Assembly: GCA_965285935.1 (NCBI GenBank)
Contig: OZ260661.1
Span: forward strand, 91,884,001-91,948,000
DNA length: 64,000 bases
Direction: 5' to 3'
From: Ophelia neglecta
Lineage: Eukaryota
In this document: positions 10,660 to 25,600 of the stretch, one piece after another
How positions within the stretch are numbered: position 1 is the stretch's first letter
How the letters are laid out: every line of letters begins with the position of its first letter
Notes under the pieces: model-generated
Told to the model about the DNA's origin: nothing
Databases searched by the model: none
Seen by the model: the letters and a program-made list of their open reading frames with translations, nothing else
Program-made: the position numbers and the translations under genes

Positions 10660-13600
10660 AATCAGATCAGACTGATATTGACATGATCATCAAAATGTAG
10701 CAATTACCTAAGAACCAACATTCCTGTTTGGATGCCTGTTGGGTCTGATCAATTAAGTTGTTTGCTGTACAATAATGGTAAGTATTTATACTTGACATTT
10801 TAACATCTCCTGTTGGATAGGCTGCTCAGCCATTGTGGATTCTTACCTGCGACTGACATGACTTAAAATTCATCATATCTCTAGTTTGATTTGTTTTGTT
10901 GTCTTGCTGGGAGTCAAGTCAGATGATAAGGTCACACTCTTACATTAGTTCACAATAGTTTGACTAATGATTTCTTTGAGGGGCATGTATTGGATAATAA
11001 CATGAATTGTTTGTCTTATCACTCCCTTGATGTGCCCCTTTGTCTACAATGCTCTCTGCCATTCAAATAACTGACATTCTTTCTGACATGAACTTTTCTC
11101 TTCCTCCCATGTGTTAGAGTGATAATTTCTGTGTTAAGATAAAGTGTACACGAATAAGCTTTTTGGAATGTCATTCACCATGGTTTAAGGATACTTCTAG
11201 GCAGGCTTCAATAGAGAGGCATCTGCCAAAGTTTGATTTTTTATTCCCCCACAGGGTATAGAGTCTTTCAGGACTATCTAAACAGTCATGCTGATTTCTT
11301 CCCTTTTTGCTCCTAGTTAAGAGCATCAAGCTGGCAGGCTGAAGAGAAGAGGGCAGGCCTTGAAACCCCTGAGGAATATTAAAGGCTACACTCTGAATTC
11401 ATTGGGTAATGAACTATAATTTGTGCCATTTTCTGTTGGAAGAGAACATGGCAGTCCTGCAGAGACTTTCATCCCAGATAATGTGCAAGACAATGCTGTT
11501 AACACAATGCAGACAATGGTTCATCTAAGACTGGGTGTGACAAAGAATGTCCCTCTGGTCAGTCATTGTACAGCATCGCCCCCTGTTGGCCATTCAGAGA
11601 CTCACTCCTGAAAGTTTTGCATTAGCTGTATGTGCATTGGCGGGTGACAGCCTGCAGACTCTGGGCGAGTGAATTGATGACAGAGGTTGGCTGAAAGTCT
11701 GCCCTGAATCCTATGAATTGTTTGCTGAATGGTTTGCTCAGCTTATCTTCCAGGAGATTGATTTATTTTGGATTATTTAATGTTTTGCACCACTGGATCA
11801 CTTCTATTTCAATGAAGCTTCTATTTGGATAGCTTCGTTATTGGAAGATAATGTGCAGCTTTTATCACCTGGGTTCAGTGCTGGTTATGGATCTCCCAGC
11901 TACACGTGTGAGATTGTCATGTTTTTCTATGATGCCGTGTGCTCAATTATGAATACACTAATGCCATGTGTTACCATACTGTGGGAACTTTTCAACCCAG
12001 CTTTACTAATAAAACAGGCACAAAGGTAAAGCCGAACAATTAAAAAGGAATCTATTTCTTCACTTGAATGGTCAATTCCTCTTGAACATATACAAAGTTG
12101 CAAGTCCACTTTCAGCTTGCATGGCTAATATAATATCAGTAAGTGAACTGGGTGTGTGATACACTTATGAAACAATGTTAAGGATGTTAATGGAATGTTC
12201 TCTCACCCCTGGATGATTACATCAACTTGCTACATTTGGCTGGTTTAATTACAGAAGCTGTCCCACAATGATCTCTACCAGGGACTCCACTTACATGACA
12301 AGTTCTCTGTGTATTTATCGTCATTAGATTGTGTCCTAACATAAGACTTGACCAACCAATCACACAGCAACTAACTTACTTATGTAGAAGGATATTGCTG
12401 TTTGCTGTGTTTCCCTTGGGACATCCATAAAGACAATGCTAATAAGTACAATGCTAATAAGTTGTTGAAGTTCAATGAATCAGTTGGAGTTGGCACTTAA
12501 ATTCTTCTGCAGTTTTACCTCTTTGTCGCTGTAAGTTTTCATCCCAGTGGAGGGTTTGACACACAGTAGGGGTTTGAAGGGCTAATTTAAACTCTACCTG
12601 GAGTGGAGCATGCCACAAACTTATAGACACAGCTTGCCTCTCAGCCTATAGAGATTACACATATTGTGGTCAGACTAGGACGATTGTAGGATATTAATGT
12701 GTGGATACTGTTGCTCTCTCATCTGACTGAAATTCACCTTTTTGATGAGTTGCATTTCAAACTTTTTGAAAATTCACATGGGTGAAATAACAGCTGACTG
12801 ATCTGATAGTCAAAGAATTGAAGCCCATTTATATTTGTGTATAGATTGTTCCTCTGGACAAACAGTAAGTAAAGTTTCAAACCAGTTATAAAAAATATTG
12901 TGTGTTAAATACTAAGGCTAATCACTACAACATAAAAATAAAAATAACATCTTAAGTGAGTGCTTCATGTAGCTGTTATATTGAATACATGTTTTAAAAA
13001 CAGAACAGCTTTGCTAAATGGTATTAAGTCATCAGTTTTTTTTCAATATCCAGCAATCCTTTCACTTTTTTTCCCATGTCAGCTGCTGTTTTAAGCTATA
13101 AATATGAGCAGTTTGACATGAGCTTGATAGAGGTGCTCCGGCCACATTCAAACAGACATGTTCCACTACATGCCTGATTATCATAAAGTTGGTTAACTTT
13201 AACAATGGTTCTGTCACACTGTATTGTTTCTGCACATGTCTCTGGCTGTAATCTAAGAGGGCACGGCCATTATATATCTGAAATCAGGGGAAATTTGACA
13301 AGTTTGCTCAGCCTTATGAGTTATGAACTCTTGGCCATTGAGTAAGCAGCACACAGACATGACTTTGTGGTAGTGAGCTTTCCAAGGTTAGGTTAGCCAA
13401 GCATCTGACAAAGGCCAGTCATCAATACCATGACTGGAGGAGTAACCCTCGAACAGCAAAGCAGTAAAGCACCCAATAATGATTCTGTCATAACGTGATG
13501 CAGGGTCCTCATATGTACGAGGCCATCCCATCATGAAATCAGCCTTTGACAGGGAAAACAGTATGGTAATTGATATTTCTGTATAATGAGTTTAGATATT

Positions 13601-16600
13601 ATTTGATGAGAAAAGTGCCCTTTGGAGCAGAAGGTCCAGGGCTTTTGCCCTGATCTGGTTTCCTTGCTATCTTGACTTGACAAAGATCCCAGATGCCCAG
13701 TATCTGGACAACCACTTGTGGTTGACCCCAGTGCTGACCTCATACACAGGGCAGCATTGTGGTAGGAGCCCTAAGCATATATAAACCCCAAACTCTGTCT
13801 GCTGTCTATTTATTTCACTGACAGTTTTCAATGACTTGAATTATAATAGTTATTTAAGAAGCTAGAACTGACAATGTACCCCCAGCTTCTCAAGTTTGGA
13901 GCTCTTCTAATCACAATACCTTTGCACAGAGGTGGGCATGTTTTGACAGTCAGCAAGCCGATCAGTTGGCCTTTTCTATCAGATTGAAATCAGGGGGATG
14001 ACAGCCGTGATGAGATTAGCAAAGAGGTAATAGGTTCGAGAAAAAAGGTTCATACTAACAGATGTGTGTCATAAAACGGCTTGTTTGGCTTCCAAGATGT
14101 TAAGGAAGTTGTGGTTTTCACCTTGTTATTGAGGACCATGGTATTGCCAATCAGGCAGAAATATTTGGGACATGCATTGTCAGTGAGGTAATATCTTTCC
14201 AATCAAGGAATAAGGTGTTCTACCTGCATGTCATCTTAGTCAACTCTCCATTCTCCAAGGAGAACCCCTGCCGTCTAGGCACCTGCCTCAGGTCTGGAAA
14301 AATTACCTCAATTTTGTGCAAGGTTGCTACAAAGAAGTATCTTTTATAAAGGGTAAGTTAATTCCCTCAAACCAAGAATAAAAAGTGTTGTCTAATCATT
14401 AGATAATTGAGATTGTAACATGTTCCGCAAACATCACATGCAATTTTACGAATTCCTAAAATATCAGGAAGATCATAAACAATAAAGTCATCGGCAACTT
14501 TGAAATAAGGTGGTCGATGATTTTAATTTTGGAATCTTATCTATCAGTTTTACTATTATATTTTTAGGTTTATGGTTGAATGTGCGGCTCCATAACAGTG
14601 TCTGAGCACTTTAAATTTTCCAACCATGTCTGAATAGTTATTATTAAAGGGTTTATATTTGTTTCTTCAGTTGGAAAATTTAAATTTTCCTGTCAATGTT
14701 TGAATTTCTCAAACTGTTAAACCAAGTTGCTGTAATTAAGGAGCATTATACCTATCTCTGTCATTGAATTTGAGATAAAACTGCCAAATGAAGAGGCTTT
14801 TCTTCAACTTGATCCCTGCATTGTTGGCAATATCAGACCTTAAGACCTGTGCTCACAATAGATTATAGTTTTTTCTATCAGTTAAAGAATTCCATTTAGT
14901 TTTGGATCAAAGGAGGTGGTAATGTTGATTATAATGGGGCGCTTATGAATATTGATGGGGCAAGAAGGACAAGTATAAAAACATACATAGGTGACCTGTG
15001 GAGTTATCAATGTAGGACACTTGTTAAGTTTACTGTCAGCTCCTGTGTCTGAACATGGAGTGAATTGTTCTGAGTTATCAGTTTGGCCATCCCTCTGTCA
15101 ATCAGCATATTGTCATATGAAGCCAGTCATCAGCAGGAGGTCACCTGTCAACAGTCCAAGGAGAGTGCATCCAGAGTTACCTGGGGATAAATCTACATTC
15201 TTTGGTTCATCCTCCCAGTTTCTTTTGTAATAACCACCAGAGATTATGGGTTTCAAGTAACCTCACAGTATGCTATTAATCATAATCATCTTCAAAGTTT
15301 ATTTTAGAAATCTAAAGATGTTGGACCAAGTACGCATGACAATGAGAGAAGATGTTTGATGTTCAAATTATAAATCAAGATTTCTGGTTTCATCTAGTTT
15401 TCATTTCAAACCAGCAAAATGTGAATTAGATAATTTGCATGCATATAACAACATGTTGCAATGTTATCAACTATTTGATAGTGAATTTTAAAGAATGCCC
15501 TGCAGCCTCACACAAAAATTAGCAAACTGAGGTTAACTTTAAACACAGCGATTACCAGGATATATACATGTGTACCTTGTGGTTGAAGCAGCATACAAAT
15601 GCACATTGTATTTTTGATGTACCGATTATTTGTAGCTTGGAACCAAGCTGTATCAGTTGATACCAGATAGTTATGAGGGCCCTTTACCTCTCCTGAATTT
15701 ATTTTATATACTTTACATGTCTCAATGCATTAAACTTTATAGTTTTGGTGACAGTTTGAGTCCCAGGTCTGGCAGTTTGATTGTTAGAACATGATGTAGA
15801 CTAGTTATAAGACAAACAAACCACCACCATTAAACATTGAGAGGTCCCAAAGGTGAGACCCCCCTATCAGAGAGTCTTAAAGGGGGTAAACCATCAAATT
15901 TATGGCTCCATGATCTGTGATTTACTGGGATCTAAGATCAAGCATCATAACCAGACTTTATATGAGAGCCTATTGATAAATATACCCGTTTTATGATGGA
16001 ATTGACCTCAAACGCCAAAACTGTCAGAGTAACGACCAATGGCAAGGTGTTTGACAACACAATTTATGAACACTTTCAAAAGTGAACATTTATTTATATA
16101 CTGTATACTTTTATTGCAACCCTGGATATTTGAAGTGATCCCAATCTGTTGTATAAATAAAATGGCATAAATGTTTAATATTCTGATATTTTATAGGTCC
16201 CACTTTCTATTTAGGTTCAGTATAGTACAATGTTACCCCTTCACCATCCTTTATCAGTCACATCTAAAATGAACTCATCTGTCAGGGAGAAAAAAAAATC
16301 AATTTTAGGTTCCTTCAACTATGGAATTATCCCTTTCACACTAAATAATTTTATAAGTTTAAAGCCACCCTGTGAACTAATATAACCTTCCCTCCTTCCT
16401 GTAAGATTCTCGCCACTCACCATTCAAACTCCACATGCTGCTTGGACATTATGTCCCATGCCCTTACTGACTAATAAAGGTGAAGAAAAGTTGTTTTGAA
16501 CATTTCAAATTAGTTTTCAAGGAGTTGACTTGACTAGAATTAGGCTGAAAGCCCTCAAGGAGTATCCTAACCACAGTGTTTAATATTTTGTGGGGAGACA

Positions 16601-17694
16601 TGTGGAGTTAATAGAGGGCTAAAGGGAGTGTTACAGTAGAGGGCAGCACCAGGGTGCCAATTATTTTGGGGCACCTGCAGGGTTTAGACATGGCCATGGT
16701 ATGTTAAGCGATGTCAAAGACGCTTATTGTAAGGTCAGTGTAAAAGGAAATAATGAAAATTAAAATGAATTATCATGGGTCCTTTGAAAACCAGAATTTG
16801 TACCATTTATTGATCACTAAAAAATAATTCATGCACAGGGTGTGACTTAAAGATTTAGGCGGCTATTCTATAAGGACTACAATAAATAACCTAAATTTCA
16901 ATGCAACTCCCCAGTTTGTTCGCACTTCCACTGTGGGATTAATAGGCTGGTTTGATTTATGAGATTCTGCTGAGATTGAGCATTACATCACATATTGAGT
17001 ACTGTGAGACTGAGACCCTGGTGATTAATACAGCCAGAGGGCATCAGTCTGATCAGTATGCTCCCTCTACTCCCCTGTGATCAGTCTTTTAATGTATTCA
17101 TATGCATTGAAATTCAAGGAAGGCCTTTTTAATTGCTGGTTGCAAAATGTTAATGAATCACCTCGAAATGTGGTGCTGTACTAGTGGATCATATCCCATA
17201 GGGCTTGGAATAGAGAATCATAGCCCAGGCTTGATTTGGTATTTAAAATGCTGATTTGAATTTTGCTCTCATTACCACAGCTTTTAATTAATTTTTTAAT
17301 TAATGGGATGAGAATGAGGGACGGCCAGGGAGGTTCAAGTTTCAACATGGTGAGCTGGCAAGGATGGATTTAGTGGTGACAGATTAAAATGCATTGTGAC
17401 ACCACTTGAACAGGTTGGCAATAAATTCACTCACAGCAAGGTGCTAGATTTGCCTGGTTCACATGTCTAATTTATGGATAATAAAGGTTCTGTGAAATAT
17501 TGATGTCTTTTAGATTAGGCTGGGTTGCTGAACATGGCCTTATGCAATACAATGCCACCATTAGGCATGTTATGGCTTTGTAATCCTAAAAAGGTGGGCT
17601 TGTCAACAGCTTTGCTCCATGCCACTGATTCTTCAAAAAGATAAGCAACAATCAGTGTGTGATGATTTATGAGTCATCAGTGGATTGAGAGGTT

Positions 17695-17935
17695 TGGGGG
17701 ATGGATTAGTGTTAGTGGGTTGTGAATTGTATCACCTGTAGTGGTGGTGATGAATCAAAGAGTTGTGGGGTGGATACCAGCTAGTAGATGTCTGTCACAA
17801 CTCCTGCTGGGAGCCCTGGGAGTGAAGACAATGTCATCTACTTTAAGGCCAACTGTTACCTGGTCATACTGTCAAGATGAGTGGTATGTGAATGTGGGAG
17901 GACCATTGAAATCCAATAAAATGGAATAAACAAAA
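17695..17935 (+). mobile_element. Possible decayed SINE
   Basis: G/T-rich head with a weak B-box-like segment (GTTGTGGGGTGGATACC) and an A-rich tail (AAATCCAATAAAATGGAATAAACAAAA). No clear TSD. Confidence 0.22.
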
Positions 17936-20900
17936 CCATGTTATTGACAAATGCTGTGTGTAAAATTTATTAACACTGAATGGAAAGTTGGACTTGCATT
18001 GTTTTTTAAGTCCAGTTGTGAGCAAAATAAATCCACTAATTTTATTTTTTGCTTATCAATTGATAACCATGTTTAACTTGGGCACAGATGAAGGGAGTGA
18101 TTTTTCCTGTCTGAGCAACCTGCGATTATTTATTGGCCTCATCGGTGCAGTCATATTGCAGTTATTTAACTTGGTAAAAAAGCAAATTTATTGCAAATTG
18201 AGATAAGATCAAGCTGTCTGAAGGAACTTGAATATACAGTTAAATAGTAGACATAAAAAAAGTTCAAGCTTTGTTAATATAATTCAAAATCATGTGGTTT
18301 GCACAGGGAACCAACTCTTTGTTTCATCACCGCATTATAGACATAATTATCCTTTCAGCAGTCTTTTATGCTTGGTTTTATCTTGCAGAAATGGTCAGAA
18401 ATTTTACTTTTTGAGTGCTTCTTTCATATCTGTGATCAGGGGCTTAATAAACCATAAAGGCACTGGTGTTAAGGGTTAATTTTCGATATCACGATATTAA
18501 AACCCATTATAGCTCTTTATCCGTCTGTGTTTCTGGAGGGTTTCATATTGATTTAAACTCCATTGTTCCTACCTGTTTATAATTTACACAGCTGAAGCTT
18601 TGCGTGTAAAGAAGGGAGTTCCTGCTGGTTTCAGTTCCATTGCACAACTTTCATGTTTAGAGATCAAAGGAGGTTGAGAGTGATATGATGAGCTCAGCGC
18701 TTGTACCCCCTCCCCCCCTCCCCCTCTCCTCTCAGGGCAAAGCCATTGGCAAGGGGTGGGGCAGACAAACTGCCAGTTGGTTGGACCTGTATAATGCAGC
18801 TTCAGTTCCTCCCATAGGGCTGCTCTCGTAGTTTTCAGTCTATTGTGATTAAATGGAGTATGATGATGGTGGGCGCCTGGCATGCGAGCTGGGTCCAGTT
18901 TCACTCAATCCTGTAGTGGGAGCATTTTTATGCCTGTCCATTGCCAACGCCCATCCTGCTGGTCAGCCTGATGTGCAGCATGCCAGTGACAACCACTTTG
19001 TTGATTGATGAGCTCAAGAAATGCACACAGACTGGCTAATCCCTGTTGTTAATTTGCGCTGCCACATTGTTCTTAATAGTTAAAATAATTAGAGGGATAG
19101 AAGAAAGAACAGGTCCTACTGTGACTGTGTGTTTGTGTTGAAAAGCTGTTCACCTGAGGGCATTTTCTTCAAGAATGACCCATATGGTGCAGAATGTCAA
19201 TAGCTATTATGTAGGCATTAATATCTTAAAATATTGAAATCATAATTTATTCCCTAAAATCCATATATGCATTGAATCATCAATTGATGTATTGATTGCT
19301 GGAGCAGAGTAGACATCTTATTTTATTTTGTTATGTTCCTTTTAACCAGGAAAGAATTTCTTTAATGTGGTGGTTTTTATGTTCAATACAATTCGGCACA
19401 TTGTTTTTATGTCTCAAATGTTCATATAATGCGTTTGTATTCTTTACAAATATGCCATTATTAGGAATACCTTTGTGCCTAGTTATGTCAGAATGTCACA
19501 GTGTATGGTGCACTAGTCAATAAAAGGAAGAATCTAATTTCCATTTTATACAGGTGGCTCTCTCTATATATATCAACATCAATTTTTGCAGTGTACATAT
19601 GGCTGGTGACTTCAATTCTCAAGTGGAAACATTTTGTAATAAACAATGTAAAAACTTGTCATTTTTCAGGAAGGAAGAAGTTGAAATAATAACAGTTGTC
19701 CTATTAGTCATTTTGACAGGAGATTTGCCAACACCCATCCTGTGTTTACAATGGAACTGGTGAATTTCACCCATGACTGAAAATGTCATGTTAGGGGTTG
19801 ATATTCTTCATTTGTACAAATATGGGCATTGGACTGAAGTTCATTCACATAAGTGTGTAGGGAGATTTCAATCGCCATGGTTACTGTGTGGTTTCTGTAG
19901 CAGACTACAGCTGTAGATGTGTCTGACCTTGTCACTCACATTTGACAGGTGTTATGTTTGCAAAAGCGTTTAGACCTCATCATACCCTAATGAATTAGCC
20001 TCATTAATGACCAGGAACTGTAGTGGCAATTCATGTGTAGTTTGAAAGGTTTAAACTGCAATCTGGCCTGGGTTTTGGTATTCTGATGCTGTTTAATGTC
20101 AGGGTTAGTGACCATACGGAGAACAATGGTGGTAAGGTCCCCTTGGTGAGAGTTAAAGGCAACCAGGCTGGCAGCTCAATACAACTCTTTGGAATCAAAT
20201 CCCTCATTGTAGCTCCTGAAAGCCATTGTCAGTGACACACTTCTGCCAAATCACTCTTGTGAATCTTGAATACACCCAATAATGTGTCATTTCTGCCAAG
20301 TTTAATTTTATAATTTGTTCCATAAATTGCCTTTTTATGGTGGATCTGTGCAATTTCAAATAGAGTTGTACGGCAAGCATGGAGCATTAAAAATTTAAGA
20401 AATTTGCATGGATTTTTCGCCTTTTGAACAATTCAACCTTTGTCACAGCATTCACCAATTTAAGAATAATGGCAATACAATAATAAAACTTTAAACAATG
20501 AACACTTTCACGCTCATTGCCATCAATAGAACCGCCAATACAGTCACTTAGTAATTGCTGTAATGGCATAGAACAATAGTCAGGATAACCACATTTTGTA
20601 CTTGCCTACTATGCCAGGAATAGAGGGGCTCAATGGAAGACAGGTGCATACATTATCAAGTGGGGCGGAACAATTTAATTTCAGCTTAGCTAAGCCCTTT
20701 TCAGGGCTGCACACTGTGTGTCCAGGGAGAGAGTGATGTAGTTTCGTTGAGCTGGTCTAACAGGAAAGCCGCTCTACCGTACTCCAAACTGCTCTACCCT
20801 ACTCCAGTAGTTCTCACATCATTGTTTGCCTTTCTTGCCATGGACAGTAAAGAGAGAGGCTCTTGTGTGACGCGTCACCAAACATCAATTTCATGACAAG

Positions 20901-22565
20901 TGTGAAGTACTACTGTATAATTTATCATGGAGCTAATAATCAGAATAAGGGTACTCCCATTCAATTTATACTGTCTGGAACCCCCCTCTTTTTATAAGTT
21001 GGTGAAAAATAAATGAAAATTAATCAACATTTGGCTATCCTGGTACCAGTATTAGTTCCTATCAAGACAAGGGGCAATTTTTAGGATCAATATTGGAACA
21101 AATAGATAATAGTTCTATAAATGTGATGATGAGGATTGGTCAGCTCCTCATGATATCATTTAGAACAATATAATTTGACATTGATCTGGTGAATCAATTA
21201 GAAATTAGTGTCATGAGAAATGACCAGCTTGATCTACAATTATACAATGACCAATGCCCGAAAGAGCTTAATATGTGAAATATTTCACATTTTTAAAATA
21301 ACACTCATTGATGTGTAGTACCATTGAACATAAATTATTTGTTGCATGCCTTTAAAAAATTACTAATTACTAACATAAATTGTAATTCTAAAGCAAAGCA
21401 TCAACAACCACCACTTTTATAACTACAAAATTAGTTATTATGAATGGCACATTTTTTTCCTAAGTTTTGTCAAGTCACTAAATGTGACATAATGAGTTCA
21501 CAAATTAACTGGTGTTTTTATCAAGCTCATCAAAATAGAGTTTTATTAACACTTCAAATTCAGAGTAGTGTGAAGAGGTATTTGTTCTTGGGGGAAGTCT
21601 CACCTGTGATCTTGAAGGTGTTTATTTAAAGTTATGAAGTTCGCCTCCGGCATGTAACTTGATAATCTCAAACTGAAAGCCAGCTTTCATAGTATATCGC
21701 CCAATCCCTCTGCCTTTAAGGCAACTCTTCAGTTATATATTTAAAAAGCAACCTGAAGATGACCTCCAGGTAATGGGGTTAAATGCTGGGCTGACTGTTT
21801 TTCTATGGTGGTTTCATCATATTACATGATATCCAACTCTCTAAGCCTTCACACACAGTCTACATACATTTTTTATGTACTTTGACACCTAATTCACAGT
21901 GAAAATCCTTGTTGGACCAAAGAAAAAGAAAACCATTTTCCAGTATTGCTATCATCTTAAAAATCTATTCTTTAGACAAACAGGAAAGTGCCTACTTTAA
22001 GGGCATAATTCAACTTTGAAGGCAATCACTGAAAGCAATTTATTTCAATCTCATTAAATGATGAAGTGATCAAATATGACAGCGATTGCACTGAACAGTA
22101 AACTACTTGTCCTCAGTTCCAAAGTTGATTGATCACACACAATACAAACATGTTCCCTGCTCAGCTTACATATTTACCCATTAGTTTTTTTGGGGGGAAT
22201 TCAGCTCAAGCCTAATGGTGTCTGTTTGCAATGTCAATTTCTGATCATTCTCATTTTATTTCAAATGTCATCCTCTTGACCGATACTGCAGCAGTGATTG
22301 CTGGTGGATTGCGGTGGTTTCTGAATCATCCTCCCAAATGATATGATTGACTAGGACTGCATCAATTGCACCAAGCTAATGCCCTATGATAATAATTTTA
22401 ATCTGGCATAATTGGTCCACTAGACACTGAAAGGCTTAACTGGCCATGCTAAATCACATCATTTGCCATTCAATTTCCATGCCTTAATCAAGCGATTGTT
22501 CTGGTTAGAGTTTTCTGTATTGTATACTTGTACCTAGTCCCCTGCTAGTACACAGCAAGATTGTT

Positions 22566-22680
22566 TTCTGATGAAAGTGAAAAGGAGCAATCTACTTGTA
22601 TTGTTAATTGCTTGCAATGAAAACTTCTGATAAAAGTGAAGAACACCAACAACCTATAGTTAATTGCTTGCAATGAAAAC
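22566..22680. repeat. Diverged ~57-bp tandem duplication
   Basis: TTCTGAT.AAAGTGAA...GTTAATTGCTTGCAATGAAAAC occurs twice, starting at 22566 and 22625. Confidence 0.8.
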
Positions 22681-25600
22681 TGAAGAATATATCATATCGT
22701 ATTGTGTGCAAGTTTTATTTTATTTGCATTTTTTGTGCTGTTTTTTTTTCAATTGAACAAAGCAGTACACATCCGTTTGTAACCATTTTGTTTTCTCCCA
22801 AGTAAAAGAAACAATAGAGGAAATTTCACTCATGTGCAAGTAAAGAAGAGTACTTTCACATTGGCTTCAAAGACAAATCCGAACAATACTATAAAACTTA
22901 CACCTCTTAAGAGTGAGGACTTGAATGATTTTTACCTCTCTTCTGTGTGATGTCTAAAATGATTTACCAAAAGGAAAAGTCCATTTGAAGTTGCTTTTGA
23001 GGCTGAGCATTGATGAACAGATGGGGGTGTGGCGTAATATTTCTGCATTACTGCCCCATTGAGGGTGGTGGTGTTAGCATGAAGCCCTCTCACAGTCAGC
23101 TTGTCCTTTGCTTTTCATTGACCAAGGGCAGAGCGTTGGCACTTGTGTTATGGAGATCCTGACCAATGGTCATCAAAGCTGTCTATAGACTATCTGTATC
23201 CTTTGCTGATCTCACCTCAACCAGGATGAGCAATCATGCATGCCAAACCTTTGAATTTGAACTTAAGATTATTTTAAAACTATTTCTGCCCAGTTGAAAC
23301 AGATGTTGAACCTGACATCATGTTAGCTTGTGTATTAAAGTTGTCGACAAGAGACTTTCTCAGTATCATCCTTCACTACTGCCTGGAGCGAACACACCTC
23401 AGCTGCCTAAATTTGACTGATGGTGGCATGTATCATTAAAGCCTGTGGATTAGCCAACCTAAACAATAGACCAGGTACACTAATCCCTAAATTGCATTAG
23501 TCTGTGGCCAGGAAATATGGTCTGAAAGTGGTGGACAAAGATGAACAACATGGTGTCTTCCTCGCAGATCAATTTGGGCTGAGTTCCTGGCTGGGCAGTG
23601 TGACAATACAAAGGCTGGACAATTGCACAGTGGCTATTTGTATTGATCCGTGGGGGCTTCTCCGCATCCCTCCCCTATACCACTCGCGGCTACGGTGCCT
23701 GGCTGTACAATTGTCAGTGCGTCTCTCCATCTTGGAGCACCTGATTTGTTTACTGCCTGCAGAAGATTCACCATGACATCTTTACCTGTGTATAGTGGAG
23801 CCAGCTGGATATTTCCTTAGCTCTTCGAGCAAGGAAACAATTACAACAGTTATTAACCACTGGACACTGGTCAGCCAGGCAGATTAGGACCAATCAGTAA
23901 AACTTAGCTGACTTTACTCAGTGACACTAATGATAACATTGCTTCTCTCTGCCAAAAACTACTCTGAAAAGTTTTATAGCAACAGAATGGATAAGTTGCA
24001 AAACACACTGCATGCCCTGGATGTAATGTCCTCTGACATTGACTGGATATATTTTGTGAAGACTGGTATCTAAGTGAAGTATGTGATCTACATTTTTAGT
24101 GTGAATTAAGTCATCACAACTGGTTCCTACTTCTGGAATTTTATTGAAAGTTCAGCTTTGAAGATTATGTATTTATGCTGGGAGATTCCGGAGAACAATT
24201 AAAGGTAATGTACATGCCCAGTGTCATGTTTGATGAAGATTGATTTGCAAACTAATAATCATTTTAGATTTTCTAGCCAATTGAATTAGTATGCTTGTGT
24301 TTCTGTTTGAACTATTTTAAGACTGTGTCTAGTTATTTAAGCCTAACAAAAATAAGCCAGATGTCTGACGTAATTAATTAACCATGCCATAAAGGGGAAT
24401 TCATTCACGTTTTTGGCCCCAGGGTTACAAGTCATCATACAGGAGTGTCTCATCCACCGACCCTGACATCTTCTTAATGAGTGCCTTAGGATAAGTAAGA
24501 TGCTGTCCATTGTGGGCAACAAACAATTTGTAAAGCTAGCTAATTTAATATCTTAAGGGGGCTGACACCTCCTGGCTAAAAAGAACACTTGAAAGTGCTT
24601 TGCCCTTCTCAGGAATGCACTACTTACACTTTTATTAAAAGGAGAAGTCATATATCTTTATAAACACTCTAGCTTTTGATTTCATGGTTTCATATCCAAA
24701 TAAAGAGCCATTATACTACAGTATCACATATCTTATAGCTGGTACTGAGGTAGGTCAATGAAATGGGAGATGGCCATGAAAGTGACCACAACACAAGAAA
24801 CAACTATTTATAATTGCCTTCAAATTTTACAATAATTGGCCCCATTAAAATCATGGATCCATTTTCAATTCATTGAAATATTTGTTATTCTGGTCAAAGT
24901 GGCCACTGTTTCATGTGGCTTCAACCCTAATAAAACTTAATTTATTGATAATATCAATGACCATGATACTCAACCAATGGTCCAATGCACAAATGGTGTA
25001 CATGTTTCATGGTGAAAGCCATCAAGGCCATTTCTCTTTTCATTAAAAATGCTGCAGATTGCCCAAGGCAGAATTTGGCTTTTGCTTTTGACCAGTGAAC
25101 AAGAGAAATTGAATGATGACCAGGTACTCTCCACAGGGAAGCATGGGGTTAAACAACATCAAGACTTTAATAAAGGATCATCATTGGCAGGAATAAAATG
25201 AAATTAAAACAATAGGAATAGCAGTACATAAATATTCAAAAAGCTCATTTGATGGATATGTTCATTTTTCTTAATATTTAATTTTGTAGGAGAATTGTTC
25301 ATCAGATTCATTGATAAACAGTCAGTTAAATATTTCCTTCTTAATTTTTTTTACAAGACTGACCCATGTAGATTTGTGACTGGTGGAGCTAGGGGCACAG
25401 TGACAGTTGGTCTGGAAACTTGTGAATTGTTCTGCAAGTAGCAGACCATGAAGATAATGTGTCCCAATTCTAGTTTCTTGTCTCCAGAACTCAAATCTAT
25501 TCATGCCATTATGTCTGTTGCAAAAACTAATACCCCCCTCTACGTCCATTTCAATTTTTCTAGCTACTGAACCATCCATTGCTATTGTTTTTTTGTGATA

